64,000 nt of DNA from Iphione sp. A-MEVVRFRX5 (lineage: Eukaryota), in assembly GCA_976226885.1 (NCBI GenBank), contig OZ320316.1, forward strand, positions 88,970,001 through 89,034,000, written 5' to 3'. Both the position numbers and the translations under genes were made by a program. Shown in pieces: positions 26,953-41,449 of this stretch (positions are counted from its first letter, which is position 1; every line of letters begins with the position of its first letter). Under the pieces are notes generated by a model. The model had not been told where the DNA came from and did not search any database. It saw only the letters and a list, made by a program, of their open reading frames with translations.

Positions 26953-29900
26953 TAGTTCAAGGATAAGGCAATATGTAAATACTACTAAATATCACTTTAT
27001 TTCCCACCTTGATAATTTGCCTTAAAATAGTGATATCAAATGTAGACTCACTCCCTGTGACTATTCATGAACTTATAGATCCGCTGTTCTCAGAAACCAT
27101 CACAAAACCATGCCACCCAGAATGGTTAAAAGAGCCAATTAGTTTCAGGAAATTATTCTTGGACTTAAAATTCACTTCTTGGCCAAAACTTCCTCCAATG
27201 TCCATTGTTGAGAAATTAAGAAATCGATTTAAATTGAGAAGCAACCAATTCAGTGCAGACGTAGTTCAAGAGTGAGTGTAGTGGCACCCGTATCAGTAAT
27301 AAGTCTACATTGTGAATATGTTCAGCTCTACAGAACAAATAGAACCTAAAGTCTCATCAGCTGTTGGTTAGGTTTGAGGTTCGTCCTTCACCTCAGGTTC
27401 CCATTGCCTGTTCCTCTCTTTCCCCGTTTTACAGGGCATGGGCTGATTTCTCATCCCTGTTCCTTCATGAATGAGTTTCAAGTAACATCGAACGGAAAAG
27501 AGTCAAGATAGTCAACATGTAATAGTGGTCAGAGCTGAAAATGTTTATCTTCCGTGCAGTTAGACAAAGCCCCCGATTTTTATTTAGGAATTTTCAGTAC
27601 TACTTTCAAAAAAGATCGCCTATAATAATAGTATTAACCGAATTTACTTGTAATTCCTTTTCAAAGTTCTGAGTTATTTCTCGTGGAACTTTGTAGTATA
27701 ATACATGTATTGAGAAATTTAGGTTACGACATGCTTTCATTCTCATTCCAAATTCTGCCCTCTTCCTTTTTATAAATCGTTATACGTTTCACGGGAAATT
27801 TCACTAATCTAGTTTACTGTATTAATCAAAGCGCTTAAAAGATATCTCTGGTATTTGTATCCAGATTCTCTGCCTGAACCGCACTAAAGTAAACTCATTG
27901 TGCCTTTTGGTCGGTGAAATCTCAGTAAACAGCTTTATCTGTTGGCAATAGGCCTGTTGTCGCAAGCTCTGCAAATCCCGTTTAGCTTGAATATTGTCAG
28001 AAAAAGCTGCTTTCACGCATTCAACATCCTTCTTGTAGCTCAGGTTTATAGACACTACACGACCGGAGTTGTGTATATGGTAGGGTTCCGTATAACGGGG
28101 CGTTACCTGTACTAGTAGGGAAACCTTAGATTCTTTTGTCCTTTACTGAAGGTGAATCTAGTTACTTTCAGCTTACCGTCCATAGCCATGGTTAGCTAGC
28201 CTCCAGAAACCGGATATCTAGCTTGTGGCCCTTTGTAAATAATGTACTAAGACGTTTAGATCCTGATCGTTCACGCAATACAACGTGGCAATGGAACTTG
28301 TATGCTTCTCTGAATTCCGTTATGTGTGCAACTATATCAGATCTGTGAATGTCATGTAAAGTGTACTAGTATTCCAGTTGGAAGGTTCTATAGCTGGATC
28401 AACCTTTGTAGTCGTGCACGTCATGTATACGCACTTGTTCTCTCGCCTATTAAAGCAAAATTGTCTGTATACAAGCAATTAGTTATGTGATGAGTAAACG
28501 GTTGATGCACCTTCCTGATGTTTGCTATGGAACGTCGTCTTTATTCCTGTCAGAACGAACTTTGGTATCCATACATTGCCGTTGTACGAAATCGTTAATT
28601 ATCTAAACCACGCATATCTATTTATGATGAGTATGATTTCACCATTTTACGTATACATGCACTTTGCATCATTTACTATCGTTTGCGTATCATCGGCAGT
28701 CTTTTTAACATGACAAATGCGTCTTTTTGGCTGAACAACATAGGAAGTTAGCAGCAGACCAAGGACTGTTGGTAGTGGATTCAGTTTTTCCTGGCAGGCT
28801 ATTGTTGTTTGTTCCTGATTAGTCTGTCTCGGGGCTGAGGGCGGGGGCAAGGGTGTCCATGTTTTTCACCCCACCTAGGTAAGGGCAGAAATTCGATTAA
28901 ACTTTCTTTTCAAAGGTGGCAATAAATTCCTGAGTTGCTTTATTGTAAAGGTATACAGTACATACCAAGGGTTAATGAAATCCCTCATGGATTATTTTAT
29001 CGCAGTTGCAGTCTCTCCATCCCAACAGGTACAATCATAATCGTCCCGTAATGTACATTATCTACATAGGCAAAAGGATGTTTAAAGAAGACGAGTGAAG
29101 ACATTTTAATAGAAACGCAGTAGAGAGACTGATAATGTTTATCCATATATCTGGAGGGAATGTATCATTTTATTGAGCACAACGACCGATTGTTAACCCA
29201 CGAAGATGAAAAATACCGCAAATGTATTAGTTAGTATGGTTTTCCTATGTGCACAATGAAAATATGAAGGCAAACGTGATGTAGATTGGTAATTTCTTCT
29301 ACATGGAAGATTTTAACACTATCCACTCCTGCAAAAATTGTTTCCATGTTCTGTGAAATGATCAGTGAAACCGAAAACGGCCATGATAATTGTGCTTTAG
29401 TTCCATGCCATATCACCTTGAAACACCTATCCCTCAGGGCAGACTATGTTTTCGAGCTGAACCACTGCAGGGTGCTTCGATTCACATCCACCGCATAAAG
29501 TCCTGGTAAGGATCATTGGCTTTCAGTGAAAAAAAATGAACGAATTGGAACGTGCATCCTGACCATTTGTACGCGATAAATGTGGGAAACTGTGAAAAGA
29601 AAAGTCGATATTACATGTTTGTCATTTACTGAACAGGTAAAATATAGAATAGGTTTTCTGCCACAAATGCGTCCACTATAGAGACCGATTCTGTTTTTTA
29701 AACGTTTATTACCGTTCCCCCATAATAACACATGAATATTGTCTTTGGTTCTCAAAGGTTTATATATGAAGCATGTAGTTTATTTATTGTGCAGAAAGGA
29801 GCACTTCATTGTTTCAATCTCATGATTTTCAAGAAAAAAATCACAGGATGTGTTGAGCTTGATAGAATGCAATAAAAAGGAAACGTGTAATTGTTAAAAC

Positions 29901-32251
29901 AAGCCCATACAAAAACAGAGATGTCAATACAGTGTCGAATACATCAGCCATGTGCCTATAAATCTGGAAAGACCATAATAATACTAGTCTTAAATATATA
30001 CCTGTACACTTCTATACCCACATTAATATTATAGCGAAAGCGCCTTTCCCAAGATCAAAATCGCATGTCGCCTGTGGTAATCATGTATGGATAGTATAGA
30101 TATCGTATGTTTTCAGGCTGCTTTTTTCCATTTCAGTATATCCGAATAGCCAGATTTTAATAGCATTGTCTGCATTAGCTCCGGCAAACCCTGAAAAGAA
30201 CGACGGGAGGACGCTATAGGCTGAAAGGGTCTTTGAGGAGACAGGCAAAACGATAATAATCCCTATTTAATAGGTCTGAGTCTCTGAGCCTAATGAAGGA
30301 AAAACTATGGTTCTGAAATGTATGTGATGATGGGTGGAAAAAGAAATTGACAGGCGAGCCGTACTGTCACAGGTATGGTCTGCTCGGATTCAGCTGATTC
30401 ATAATTAATTTCACTTTCTGATTGGCTTGATTACCACCTGTGGTCATGGTCACAGATCTGAGTAAAAGCTTGTTTTGCGTGGTCAAAATATCAACCAAGG
30501 GAAAACCATGTTGCATATTCATATATTCTTGCTTGCAGACTCCACTCTTCAACGTTATATTACACTTACTCCGAATAAGACTACTTTACGTTTCATGGGT
30601 CCTACTGAGCGAGAGCACTCCCAGGGTCGGGGGCAACGATTGGGTGTTATTATTTACGGTTCAATGTATGCACACTTTCTGCTGATGCAACAATGCACAC
30701 GGGGTCATTGTAATGATTGAAAACCAAGTCATTACGACATTTCATATTGCCATAATTAAATTCACTGAAGTTAAACTCATATCATCAAAACACACACGCA
30801 CAGGTCATAGCACGAGTGTAAGGTTTTCTGTTGCTGCGTGCCTACTGTAATTGGTTGAATGCATAATTGATCACAAAGGTTGTCCTTATGACGGAGTCCC
30901 CACTTAGGTAATAATTGCCGAGCTATTGTAGTGGGGAATAGGCCAGGCGGGGTGGAGTGCACCTCTCCCCAGCTGCCTACTCACCCTCACCTTTTGCCCT
31001 GGACGACCGACCCATAGGGATGAAAGCCACACCCTAACCAGGGGAAGAAAGAGCGCCTAGCTGTACTAATGGTCTCCGGGGACCGGCTCTGGTGGGCCCC
31101 TGGTGCTGGACTTTCTAATGTGTTCGCCATCCTTTTATCATCTCTCCTGGCACGTGTCTGCGCTGTTGAATTTCGGTCTAAAAGTTCGGCGCCTAATACG
31201 CTCTACAGGTAGTGGTTATCAGATTTTCAACAATCAAATAATACGCGCTATTGTAGCCATAACCCTGGATGCCTCCTCTCTAAGCATTGTGGCCGTGCCC
31301 TCGGGTGTCCCAGTGGAGATAGAGTCGGCATAAATTAGTGATACATTAATTATAGTCGGTCGCAAAGGGCCACCCCCCGAGTAAAAGACGATGTGGCCCC
31401 GGCGGCGGCAGCATCCTGCGCCACTCGACTCTCACGTCCCGGGTGCGTAGTTGGCATACCACCTGCTCCCCTCTTGGAGGCCCTCGCAGGCGTGTTCCAC
31501 TGCTCGCCAAACCGTCTCCGGGAGCTGCCGTCCGCCAGCAGCGTGAGAACATGCAGGTCTCGCTTCCGATAACAAACAGTCTGACTATACCACGGAGCGC
31601 GCTCAAATTTATAACCAAGCAATACTTTGTGCAAAGAGATCGATTGCATGAACCACAACAAAAAGCATGCCTTTGAAGTTGCGATGCATCTCGAGTGAGG
31701 CGATATGCCTTTTCCTGACAGAACGAGCCTTTGATGTTACAGAGCGTGTAAGAAACGGTGGAACGTATACGCCCATAATACCTGCTGTTCACGAGTATTT
31801 CCTTTAGATTTTTTTAAATGGCGTTAAAAAATATTGTCGATTTCTTGAAGTGGCATTGTACTCCCAAATGGCAGAGGCAAAATAATCACACCTGAATGTA
31901 TTTATGTACATTCATTCCTAATGAAAAAGAAATAACTAGAAAAAGAAATAACTATGCAGTCCTTAAATGTTTTGGCTGTATACAAATTGTGCTTGGTGGG
32001 CGTGGGGAAGGCGGAACGAACAGGAGCCTTGAGAATCAACAGAATTGATTGGGAAAATCTGCGTGCGTCTAAGCGATACTGATATGTATATATGTAAATT
32101 TATAACCATACATGGATAGAAAGATGTATATTTTTGTTCACATATGAATGTGTATGGGTGTTTGTTCTAGATTTATCCGTTGCAGTGGGAAACGTTTCTT
32201 CCACTCAGGCTTTTAAATCTTTGACTTTGGTTGTATCATTTCTCACTTCAG

Positions 32252-32907
32252 ATGCGTTATGGGAAGAAAAGCGGAAAAGTGTAGGATCCGGTGACCTGAA
32301 GCCTGTACCGGAAGAGGTCGCTCTGCGCCACAATCCTCCGTCTGACATAAACAACATCATTCCGCCATATACGACCACTTTCTCGCCCACTCGCGACACT
32401 GCCTTCACCACACGGCGTTACCCGGCGGGCGTCGTCGGAGGGGGCGGCAGTGCCCAGAAGTCGATGACCTCCCGGAGACTAGCGCCAAGACAGACACCGA
32501 ACAACAGGACCCAAGAATTAATGCGAGGTCACAAGGCGAACGGCGCGGGCCTGCTGGCTTCCAGCCCGCGAAACAGTCCCATGGGTTCCGGAGACAGTCT
32601 CAACGAGCAGCGGCGAGACCACGGCCAAACGCAGGGGGACGGCAAGAGTCCCAGCAGCAAGAGAACGAAAAAGGCCCCGGGCGGCAGTGATAAGAGTAAA
32701 GGGGAGGAGGTGATATATGTGAACACGTTTGGCCACCGAACACCGCTCCACCCGCTTGGCCGCGTAGACGAGACACTCGACGAGGGATCCGACGACAGCG
32801 CCAGCACGACCACTTCCGGTAGCTTCGAGGTCGACCAGGGAGATAGGTGCAGTGGGAATAGCATACAAACTGTGATTAACGCTACACAGATGGACACAGT
32901 GGTTTGA
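32252..32907 (+). CDS. Pcdh: Protocadherin terminal coding exon
   Basis: Acceptor ttgtatcatttctcacttcag|AT completes a phase-1 codon (G|AT = Asp) from the previous exon. Open to TGA at 32905-32907. Low-complexity S/G/T tail containing VNTFGH and ending QMDTVV. Confidence 0.8.
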
Positions 32908-35900
32908 CCTGATTCGTATGAGTCAAGTTATGTACGTGGTAATTATAATAAGCGGGTTACGAACCGCGCCGATCGTGGGATGGATCAGGTCTCTAAAGTG
33001 TGGTGTGTACAGCCAAGATGAGGCACTATCAGGATATTGCATAAAATGGCATTGATTCAAGACCCTTCCCCACACATTACACGAGGCACACTATGCTTCA
33101 GGTTCTCTCGTCCGATCACTGGCAAACACACCCGGTCATGATATACACATCAATACAGATTTATCTCCTTCTGCCAGCGGTGATGGTAATGCACACTAAG
33201 GAGCCCCATAAAATATTGACATAATGCTCAATGGCTGGGCGCCACAAGGTTCTCTAGCCTTTGGGCCTCCCAACATGACACAATGGCCTGGGCTGATCTT
33301 CTGACTCTCTAAATATCATAAAATTGGCGTACTGAGACATGGTGGGTGTCAGCTCTAATGGCCACGTGCACGCGATGACCATAGCCGTGGTCACGAAGAG
33401 GTTTTGCTGATCTGTACGTTATAAATGAGGCCCTCGTGGTTAACAGCTCCCATTGGGCAGTGTGACCAGCTGGCCAGGGCTTCTACACTTGGGAATTACA
33501 TCCCGATGTCGTCTGGGAGACGGTTTATTGTCATCTGCTTCCATAGGGAAGCCTCCAGGTCTCAGAAGACTGATCCTTTAACAAGCAAGTGTGGTCTGTG
33601 GAGTCATGGTTTAACAAGGACATTGTGCTATGAATGCTAAATAAGAGACAGGCACCTACACGTCAGACCAGGCATAACTAAGTAAATGGAAAATAATGAA
33701 ATAGTAAATCCAATCGACGTCGTCAGTCTGATTCTTGCTATGCGTACTGCGAATTTATTGTCCTGGCTTCATAAAGGTTGTATGTCTGGCTGTAGTAGGT
33801 CTGTGGACATTTTCTGGCAGGAACAAACTGGATTAAAGTGCATTTTGTCACAGTTGTGGATGGGCTTTTAAAGCCATATTTTTATATGTAGCAAATATGG
33901 GTGTTTTCTGCTCTATTTTGTGATAAGTGGTACCAATATGTCTATGTCTCAATGTATATTATTTTGATCCGTATATACAGTACTAACCTGACACCGCTTC
34001 AATTGATGCCAAGCTCATGGACTTTCGGTAGTGCAGCCAAAAGATCCACTAGTGTTTGCTCTCGACACAAAGGTCAGTGGGCTTCAGTGCAGAGTACCAT
34101 TAATGGCTTGGGCGGCCCACGGACATAGAGTACGCTCTCCGTATCGCTGCTACTGCTGCCCTCTATACGTAAACCAAATGGGCTGTTTTGGCCCTGGGTG
34201 AACCTCGTTTCCCGAACTAATGACAAAGCTAGCAGGTAGCGCGCTGTTGTCGTCCGCTTGCCTCCGGCCTTTTGCACTACTGGAGATTCAAGGCCAAGAT
34301 GGATGCCTGCGTTTGGAGAGGGAGACATGGGCTAGTAACGGTGACAGTCACCCTGACAGGTGCAGCTGCCATTTCTGCCGTGGACCTGCTCTGACACTAG
34401 ACGCCTCCAGCCCCGACTCACAGCCCTGTCGTGAGAATTAACTCGCCCTGCCCGTAGGAATCTTCATTCGTCTCCCGCTTTGCAAGCATCTATAAACACA
34501 TATTATACTACGAACGAAAACGCCTTAAGAAATCATAGAAAGAAAGGTAAAATTGGGTTTGTATCTCGAGAATGTACCAACATCTGCAGGTAGCTGTGTG
34601 GAATCCCAAATTTGATCTTAGCGAACATCTCAAAGAATTATCCCCGAATATTCACGAGGTGTCCCAGAATACACCTTTATGATAATCCGAACGTCAGGTA
34701 AAAATGTTCAATATAAGAAAAAATATAATTATTACGGAAGCTACAACCTCTGTATATATCCATGTGACTAATACGTGTCCTAAAATCGTGATCCCTATTG
34801 CTTGAGACCTCATGGTACATTAGATTTGTAGATATCATTATTCAAACAGGTCATGGCTAGGTGTATCATCCCGGATACCAGATGTTGTGCTCCATTCGCT
34901 TCATCAGCTGTAGCTATTTTGAGTGAGGTATTCGCGCATCACACACACACATATATGAGCATACCACTTCTTATCATGGAATCAAGTGTCACATATTATT
35001 TTTGCTCTGCTTTCATTATATAAATGCATTGTTCACGAAAAACGATATATACGTTTATGTGTATATATATGCATATGTATATACGTAAACAGTTCCGGAA
35101 GCAGGAACAAAACTTTTACTTAAGCAACTTCTTTGACGCTCTTGCACCTGAAAAGTGATTGTCGTATGTATGAAACATGACGATGATATTTCCTAAGAAG
35201 AGTATATTTTTTGTGTCGCTTTCGTGAATGCAGTGGGGTGTACTGCGAACTGCCTCCCATCCGCAGAAAGCGGAAGATAAGGCAGCTGGTTGCATCATAT
35301 TAGGGGTCTCATGGGAATGCTTGCCCTATTCGCATGAATTTTTCATTGCTATTTTTGTATCGGACGCAGGGCGCGTTTCTCTTGCCTCTAACTGATTTTG
35401 ATTCTTGCCGACGGGATTGCATGTTATACGGTCCTTACCATACACCTGTCTCTATTTGGACGACTGGTTCGTTAAATCTGAGAGGAAAAAGAACACGACA
35501 ACAAAACCGACGGAAGAGAAACAGTAAGAAATCCATGAGTCCCCTTGTTGCTAATTGTAAACAATCCCATGTGTGTGCTGTGACCATTCTAGTTTTGTCT
35601 GGGACCAATATTGACTAAAGAAGCAGCAACAAAGCGCATTGTCTCGCCGTTAAATGATGTTGTGTTTGACCTCAGAATGTGTCAAGCCGTGGAAGGCTTA
35701 CTCTCATATGTGATTACATATTGTTTGCACGATGTTTATGGAATTTCGTCGCAAAATTCGTGTACATGTATTTCGTGTATATAAGATGTATGTACAGAGA
35801 ACAAAGAATATATATAACAGTATGGCTAGAGATAATTTATTTAAATATCCGCGGTGCAAGAAGAAGCACCCTGTCAAAGTGCATATATATAAATACATAC

Positions 35901-38900
35901 GGAATAAATGAGAACATTCTGTCATAAAGGTCTCTTACAGTTTGTGTTTTCGTAAAAGCATATATGTTTTATATTTAATTATCCAGGTAACTATTTTAAT
36001 AGCGTCATGAAGGAAAATATACAATTTTTAAAATTTTACACTGAACAAGATTAGGCCTTAACAAAAAAACGTTTCCAGTAACCCGACTGATCCTACATTA
36101 GAGCTATTTGTGCCTTTTTAGTTTTTCTTGTTTTTTGAATAACTTCAGAAGGATTAATGACAGAAATTTACTCTTAAAATCCTAATCACCATCATGTTCC
36201 TTACTAGCTTTCATTTTTCACTAAAACTGAAACAGGAGAAGTGATATAACGGTACACATTTCTTTCTGTTAGCATGAATTAACATTGAAATTAAAGGAAA
36301 AGATTAAAATAGCACCTACGTACTGACCCTATATATTTTCAGCATGTTACCTGAAACACCGATATTTTCTTAGGCCTTAGTATTCATCTAAGTGGAAGAT
36401 TCTCGAGGGAACGATTCCACTAAACACAATTTCCCGAAATCCATATTAAATTGTCTGTAAACCTAGCATCATTGAATAAATTATAAATAGGGTAATTGAA
36501 ATGAAAATATGGCATGGACCACAGAATCGCAAATTTCGTTAATTGATTTTTTTATGTTGATATGACATTTACACAAATTATCATAATGCTTTCATGCATG
36601 ATTTTCCTATGGTGCTTTCTTAGATGGGCATACCCAAGACATTGATGAACATACTAATTCATGAAACTCATTGACCCTGATTTTTCTAAAGAAAGGTAAC
36701 CTCCATGTGGAAACCGAACACGTCGTCGTCCGGACGCATGATATTATCCAGTGTCAGCCTGTCAGTTGCGGCCTGGGTGACAAAGTAAGAAGACGCTCTG
36801 CCGGTGCTCATTGCGCCCATTCCCGTCCTCTACCAGATAGTTCCCTCAGGCTGTTCGGTGCAGAGCCGCCTGCCTAGATAGATGGCGATGCGAATCTTTT
36901 GTGGCAAGATTTGTGGGCGAGCTACAAGTGTTCCCTGAACCGTTCACACTCTGGGGACGCCTAGGCCTGGTAGTATAGCCCCCGAGAAGCACGCAGACAT
37001 GGTGTCACCCCCTCCCCTTGCAGGAGATAATTGAATGTCAAGCGGGCTTAGCGGCTGGCCGTGAGACGCAATGCAGAGATGTATTGCTACCTTGCAAGTC
37101 GTATTAGTGTGGACGGGCGGCACATTTATAGCATAAGACATCACTCGAAGACGGTGGATTCGGTATTCACTTCCCTGATTGATTGCTTCGAAAAAATAGT
37201 TCTTACAAGACAGCAACATGGAGAAAAGATATCATCTCTCCCAAATTGCAATGAAATGCACCAATAACGTTATCACTGACGCGGCCTTTTTATTCATTGC
37301 TGCCAGCTAATAAGGTCATCCGAGTTGATAACGCCAATTAGGTTTAGGGGCTCCAATTGTGCGTTTTGAAGGGCCATTCAAGCGTAGGACTTGCTGCGTG
37401 AGCTAAAAAGGTCAGTATCACGGCATCACTCTGGACATTTTACCTCGGAGCCGCATCTTGTATGAAAGAAGGGAAATTATGGAAGTGTGTTTGTTCGAGG
37501 GAGCGTAATCAGAGCCAGCATGAACCATGCTAGATCTGATTAAAGGCTCGCTAGGCGAGACGCCACTTGCAGTAGATGGTAAACGCAGGCGGCACCCTTG
37601 ATCGATACCGCACGCTTTTCGCCTCCCTTTGAAATAATGAGTATCAATCAAAATTAATTTGAATGTGACACTGTGCGGATGCAAATACGGCGCAAGATTA
37701 CTCTGGAAGCAAACAGATAGCTAGTTTAATGGGATGTTTATGAACGAAGCACTTCCCAAAAGGAAATCACTATATCGCAAGACAGACAATCTTTACCTTG
37801 TCTTGAAAATATGGCGAATTAAGACTGGAAAGCAGACTCGTAATCTTTATTACATTTCCCGTAGGAGACAAACGTAGTTAGTACAGCTTAAAAGGTAACA
37901 TTCCGTCGTTCTAATTTCTCAAACGGGGGAATTCTACATAATAATGTGCCTTTGATATAGTGGATGATCCCTATATAAAATCATAAGCATCAAAGGAAAT
38001 AGACGTTACATGATGCTCGTCGACAGAGCTTAAGTAATCATCCGAGATAAATCTGATTAAGAGATTAAAGGCATTTCCAGAAGGCTTTCGATTGCCGATG
38101 TGGTATAGAGGATTCTGGTGTTTTAACGTGCCCGCACTGCGGGCTATTGGTAATAGGTATACTCCTTTTCTTTGTGATGGTTCTTTTGGAATCAGGGGAC
38201 TTGCATCAATTTTTCAACTGTTCCTTTACGGTATCAAGGCATTCAAAGGAAGAGGTAATATCCTTCCTGTTTTGTTGCCCAAAGATCCAAGCCACAAACG
38301 TACCAATTGTGCCGCTTTCCTCAATCATTTCTAGATATATTTGCCAGCCAGCGTAACCTTGTTTTCAATCCTGACCCCTGCTAACACAATCTCGTGCGCT
38401 ACACACATCCATTAGCTTATACATTTGCCGTATCAGCATTGTGGATGTAATCTGGCTTCGTTGTGGACAATGGTAAGGAGACGCCTCACCTGTGGACACA
38501 AAGGACATAATACAGCGTCTGTCCCTACAGTCGGAGGTAGCTCGGCCGATCACTCAACGCACGGTCAGACGATGACAGAAGCCGAAAACCATAGTGATGG
38601 ATCGCCTCCTCAAGGATCTGTTTTTCTGCGGGTGATGATGGGTCTGGTGCGAAGGTGTTTTCCATATGGGCATAAATGGGGTGACTGAGAGAGACTTTTT
38701 ACCTCCCCCCCGTAACAGATGCGATTCTGACGGAGCAGAGGTGACACCTGAATCGTGACGGGCCCTCTTTACTTGCTATCCCTTGCTGGCGGAGATCGAT
38801 GCATGTGTATAAAAACATCTTTCTTGTAAAGGCGCCAGTCGTCGTCGTCGGAAGGACTGTACTACAGCTGATATATTTCCACAAGTGATGCTGCACACAT

Positions 38901-39834
38901 GTCAGACCTACTCACTGAAAGAGGCCGATCTGCCCCTACCGGATGTATTGTATGAAAAAGTTTTGGGTGTTTTTTTTGTATGCTTTATTATACACATGTA
39001 TATTATATATAATAACATATCAAGCAAACTGGGTATTTCTGCATGCAACAAAGCAATCTGCATCAGCATACAGCAGATATACATACACATATCGCTGCGT
39101 CCCCGCAATGCATAGGTAGACAACATTACATAAGATAGGTTTATTCAGACATAATATGTATCTACAGGTATATAAATGTATACATATGATATGTAGATTT
39201 CCAAAAATAGTAAACTCTTATCGGAAAGGTGCAAGGTATATAAAGCTAATATTTTATTTTTAACGATCAAAAACAAATTCTCAGTAAACATGTCTTGAAT
39301 CTAAAGACCCCTTTCTTGGCGTACAAAACAATATTTGATACAATAATAATTAGGATAAATGTAGTTCTTACAGCTTTAGCTAGAGAAACAATCCATTTGC
39401 CCATGGCATAACGTGAGTCAGTAGATATGACTAGGATAAATGTGAGAAAGAAATAGAACATAAAAGAGGAAGAATAGTGTAGCATCACAAAAGTAATAAA
39501 TACACAAACTCCTATTTGTGACTGCATCGATTTGCAGCCAAATTTGAAATTTGCTAGTGCGACCATTTGAGCTCAGAACCAAAATGCTGTCTATACTTAA
39601 TCAATGTTACTATTGATTTCCAACCAAATCGATTTATGACCAATTTTAGCCTCCGACTACACTGTTTAGGGCCGTACCTATTGTATTTTAATGTCTTTTT
39701 CCAATTTTTGTCTTTTTCCAATATTTGAAGCTCTCCCAGAGGTGTTAGGGCGACCACTCCTCCCTAATTAAGCATTTAAAGGGTTAGTTGCTGTCTAAGG
39801 TATCACTAGAGATGCTAGCATGACCCAAGTTGGC

Positions 39835-39970
39835 CACTTTTAGGACTTAAACCCATCAAATTCATTGCTTTTTTGATTTTTACTCATCAAATTCACTACT
39901 TTTAGGACTCTTACTTGTCAAATTCGGCACCTGTTTGCACTCTTACTCATGAAATCTTTTAGGACATATA
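39835..39970. repeat. Degenerate minisatellite, ~31-bp unit
   Basis: tcaaattc recurs at 39856, 39887 and 39918 (tgaaatc at 39950). ttttaggac recurs at 39838, 39900 and 39957. Confidence 0.7.
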
Positions 39971-40249
39971 TTTACTTGGTAGAGAGAGAGGGGGAACGGG
40001 AGTTCGATCTCCAGTCTTGACCTTCCTAAAAATCAACGTCCGTCCATTTTCGTTAATTAGGCCATTTGGGCTTGGACTGGGGTGTGTGGTCGCAGCTAAG
40101 ATTTCAACTGTATATGCTATCAGCAACTGTACCCAAATCCTTTCAGCAAATTAAATGCAAAAATACAAAACAGGTTCTTAGATCAGAGCCCATAGTTTGT
40201 CTAATCTTATGAATATATAGAATAAATCCTTACTCCATTATGACACTGA

Positions 40250-40780
40250 CTCTGGAATACTGTTTATGGGAACACTAGTCCCTGTACAATGTTCATCCTT
40301 ACCAGATCATTACGTATTATGAAGGAAGTTGGGATATGGTTCTATGTGGACCCCAGTAAATTTCTCTCCTTGGCCTCAAAAAGAATACTTTGTTGTGAGC
40401 TTGGACACATTACATTTTATAATATAAGCCTATGTAATGCAGTGATAAGATAAACAGGTCTATGATACACAAGCCAGTTGTAAAAATTAAATTCCACCGA
40501 CAATTCTATATTCTGAAATTGGAGAGCAACATCAATTCAAAGCCTATCAAGTCTATTAGATCGTTTATGTAAGACTCAAAAACAGCTTTGCTTGCCCATG
40601 GAGACGTTCAGCGTCGGTTGTTTCTTCAAAGACACCAGTATGTTCAATATAATTGATCTGTACTCTATGTGTGTACCGCCAGTATATCACACAAAGGGAC
40701 GTGAATGCCTAGCTTTGTTTTCTTGAACTTCATACCTGGAGTGGAGTGCATTCGAGCCTGTGCTGTTTCTCAGTTCAAAT
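40250..40780 (-). mobile_element. Decayed non-LTR retrotransposon RT fragment
   Basis: Minus strand reads KLGIHVPLCDIL, then SPWASKAVFESYINDL (cf. LSPxLFxxYINDL), then a degenerate FADDVAL-like stretch (tttgaattgatgttgctctc). Confidence 0.45.
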
Positions 40781-41449
40781 TTTAACTTCAGTGAAACGAG
40801 TTGAGGAAAAGATGCACCTGAGCCGCACCAAGCAAGCTACAAAATTATTTTTATCGTTTATCGATAATTGCAGGTGAGTGAATCCCATCTCACCCGTGTA
40901 TTCTTCAAACAAACCATAAGAAGATATGTAGATTTTACAGTTATTTTTATCTAGAGTGCCTTGTTTTTATCATCTTGGTTATGACGCCCATGTACGCACG
41001 ACATATTAAGACACATACGTCTTTAAAAATCCGGATCTTTCATTGCACAGTGTCGCATGATACGAAGTTTGTAAAAAGAAACATATGGATAAATCATATT
41101 GAGCAGTACGCAAGGTTAAACTAAAAAGAATATAGCTGCTGAAAAAATATGCGAGCATAACAATACATAGTGACAGATTTTAACAGGACGGACATAACGA
41201 AATTAAACAAAGGCTTTACAATGTGTCTGCACGGTAGCTGAGGTAATACAGGTGCAACGCGCTGGATCAGAAATCATAAGACACTGCTACCACAGCAATA
41301 TCTCCATCGCCGCCCATTTCGGTGAGATTCTCATGTTATAAGGTCGGCTAAGTATTGATTTCTCCGTTTCCATCCTCGTGGGTATGCTAAATCTGATGAG
41401 GTTGGTGTAAAGGGGGGTGGTGATGGTGGCGGTGGTAATTGGGGAGGCT

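Noticed and set aside
26990-28060. Short ORFs possibly from a DNA-transposon transposase
   Set aside because: No recognisable catalytic motif or matching TIR pair was found.
39990-40100. tRNA/SINE-like B-box (gggagttcgatctcc); similar hint near 12150
   Set aside because: I could not build an A-box or cloverleaf, so there is too little to call a tRNA or SINE.
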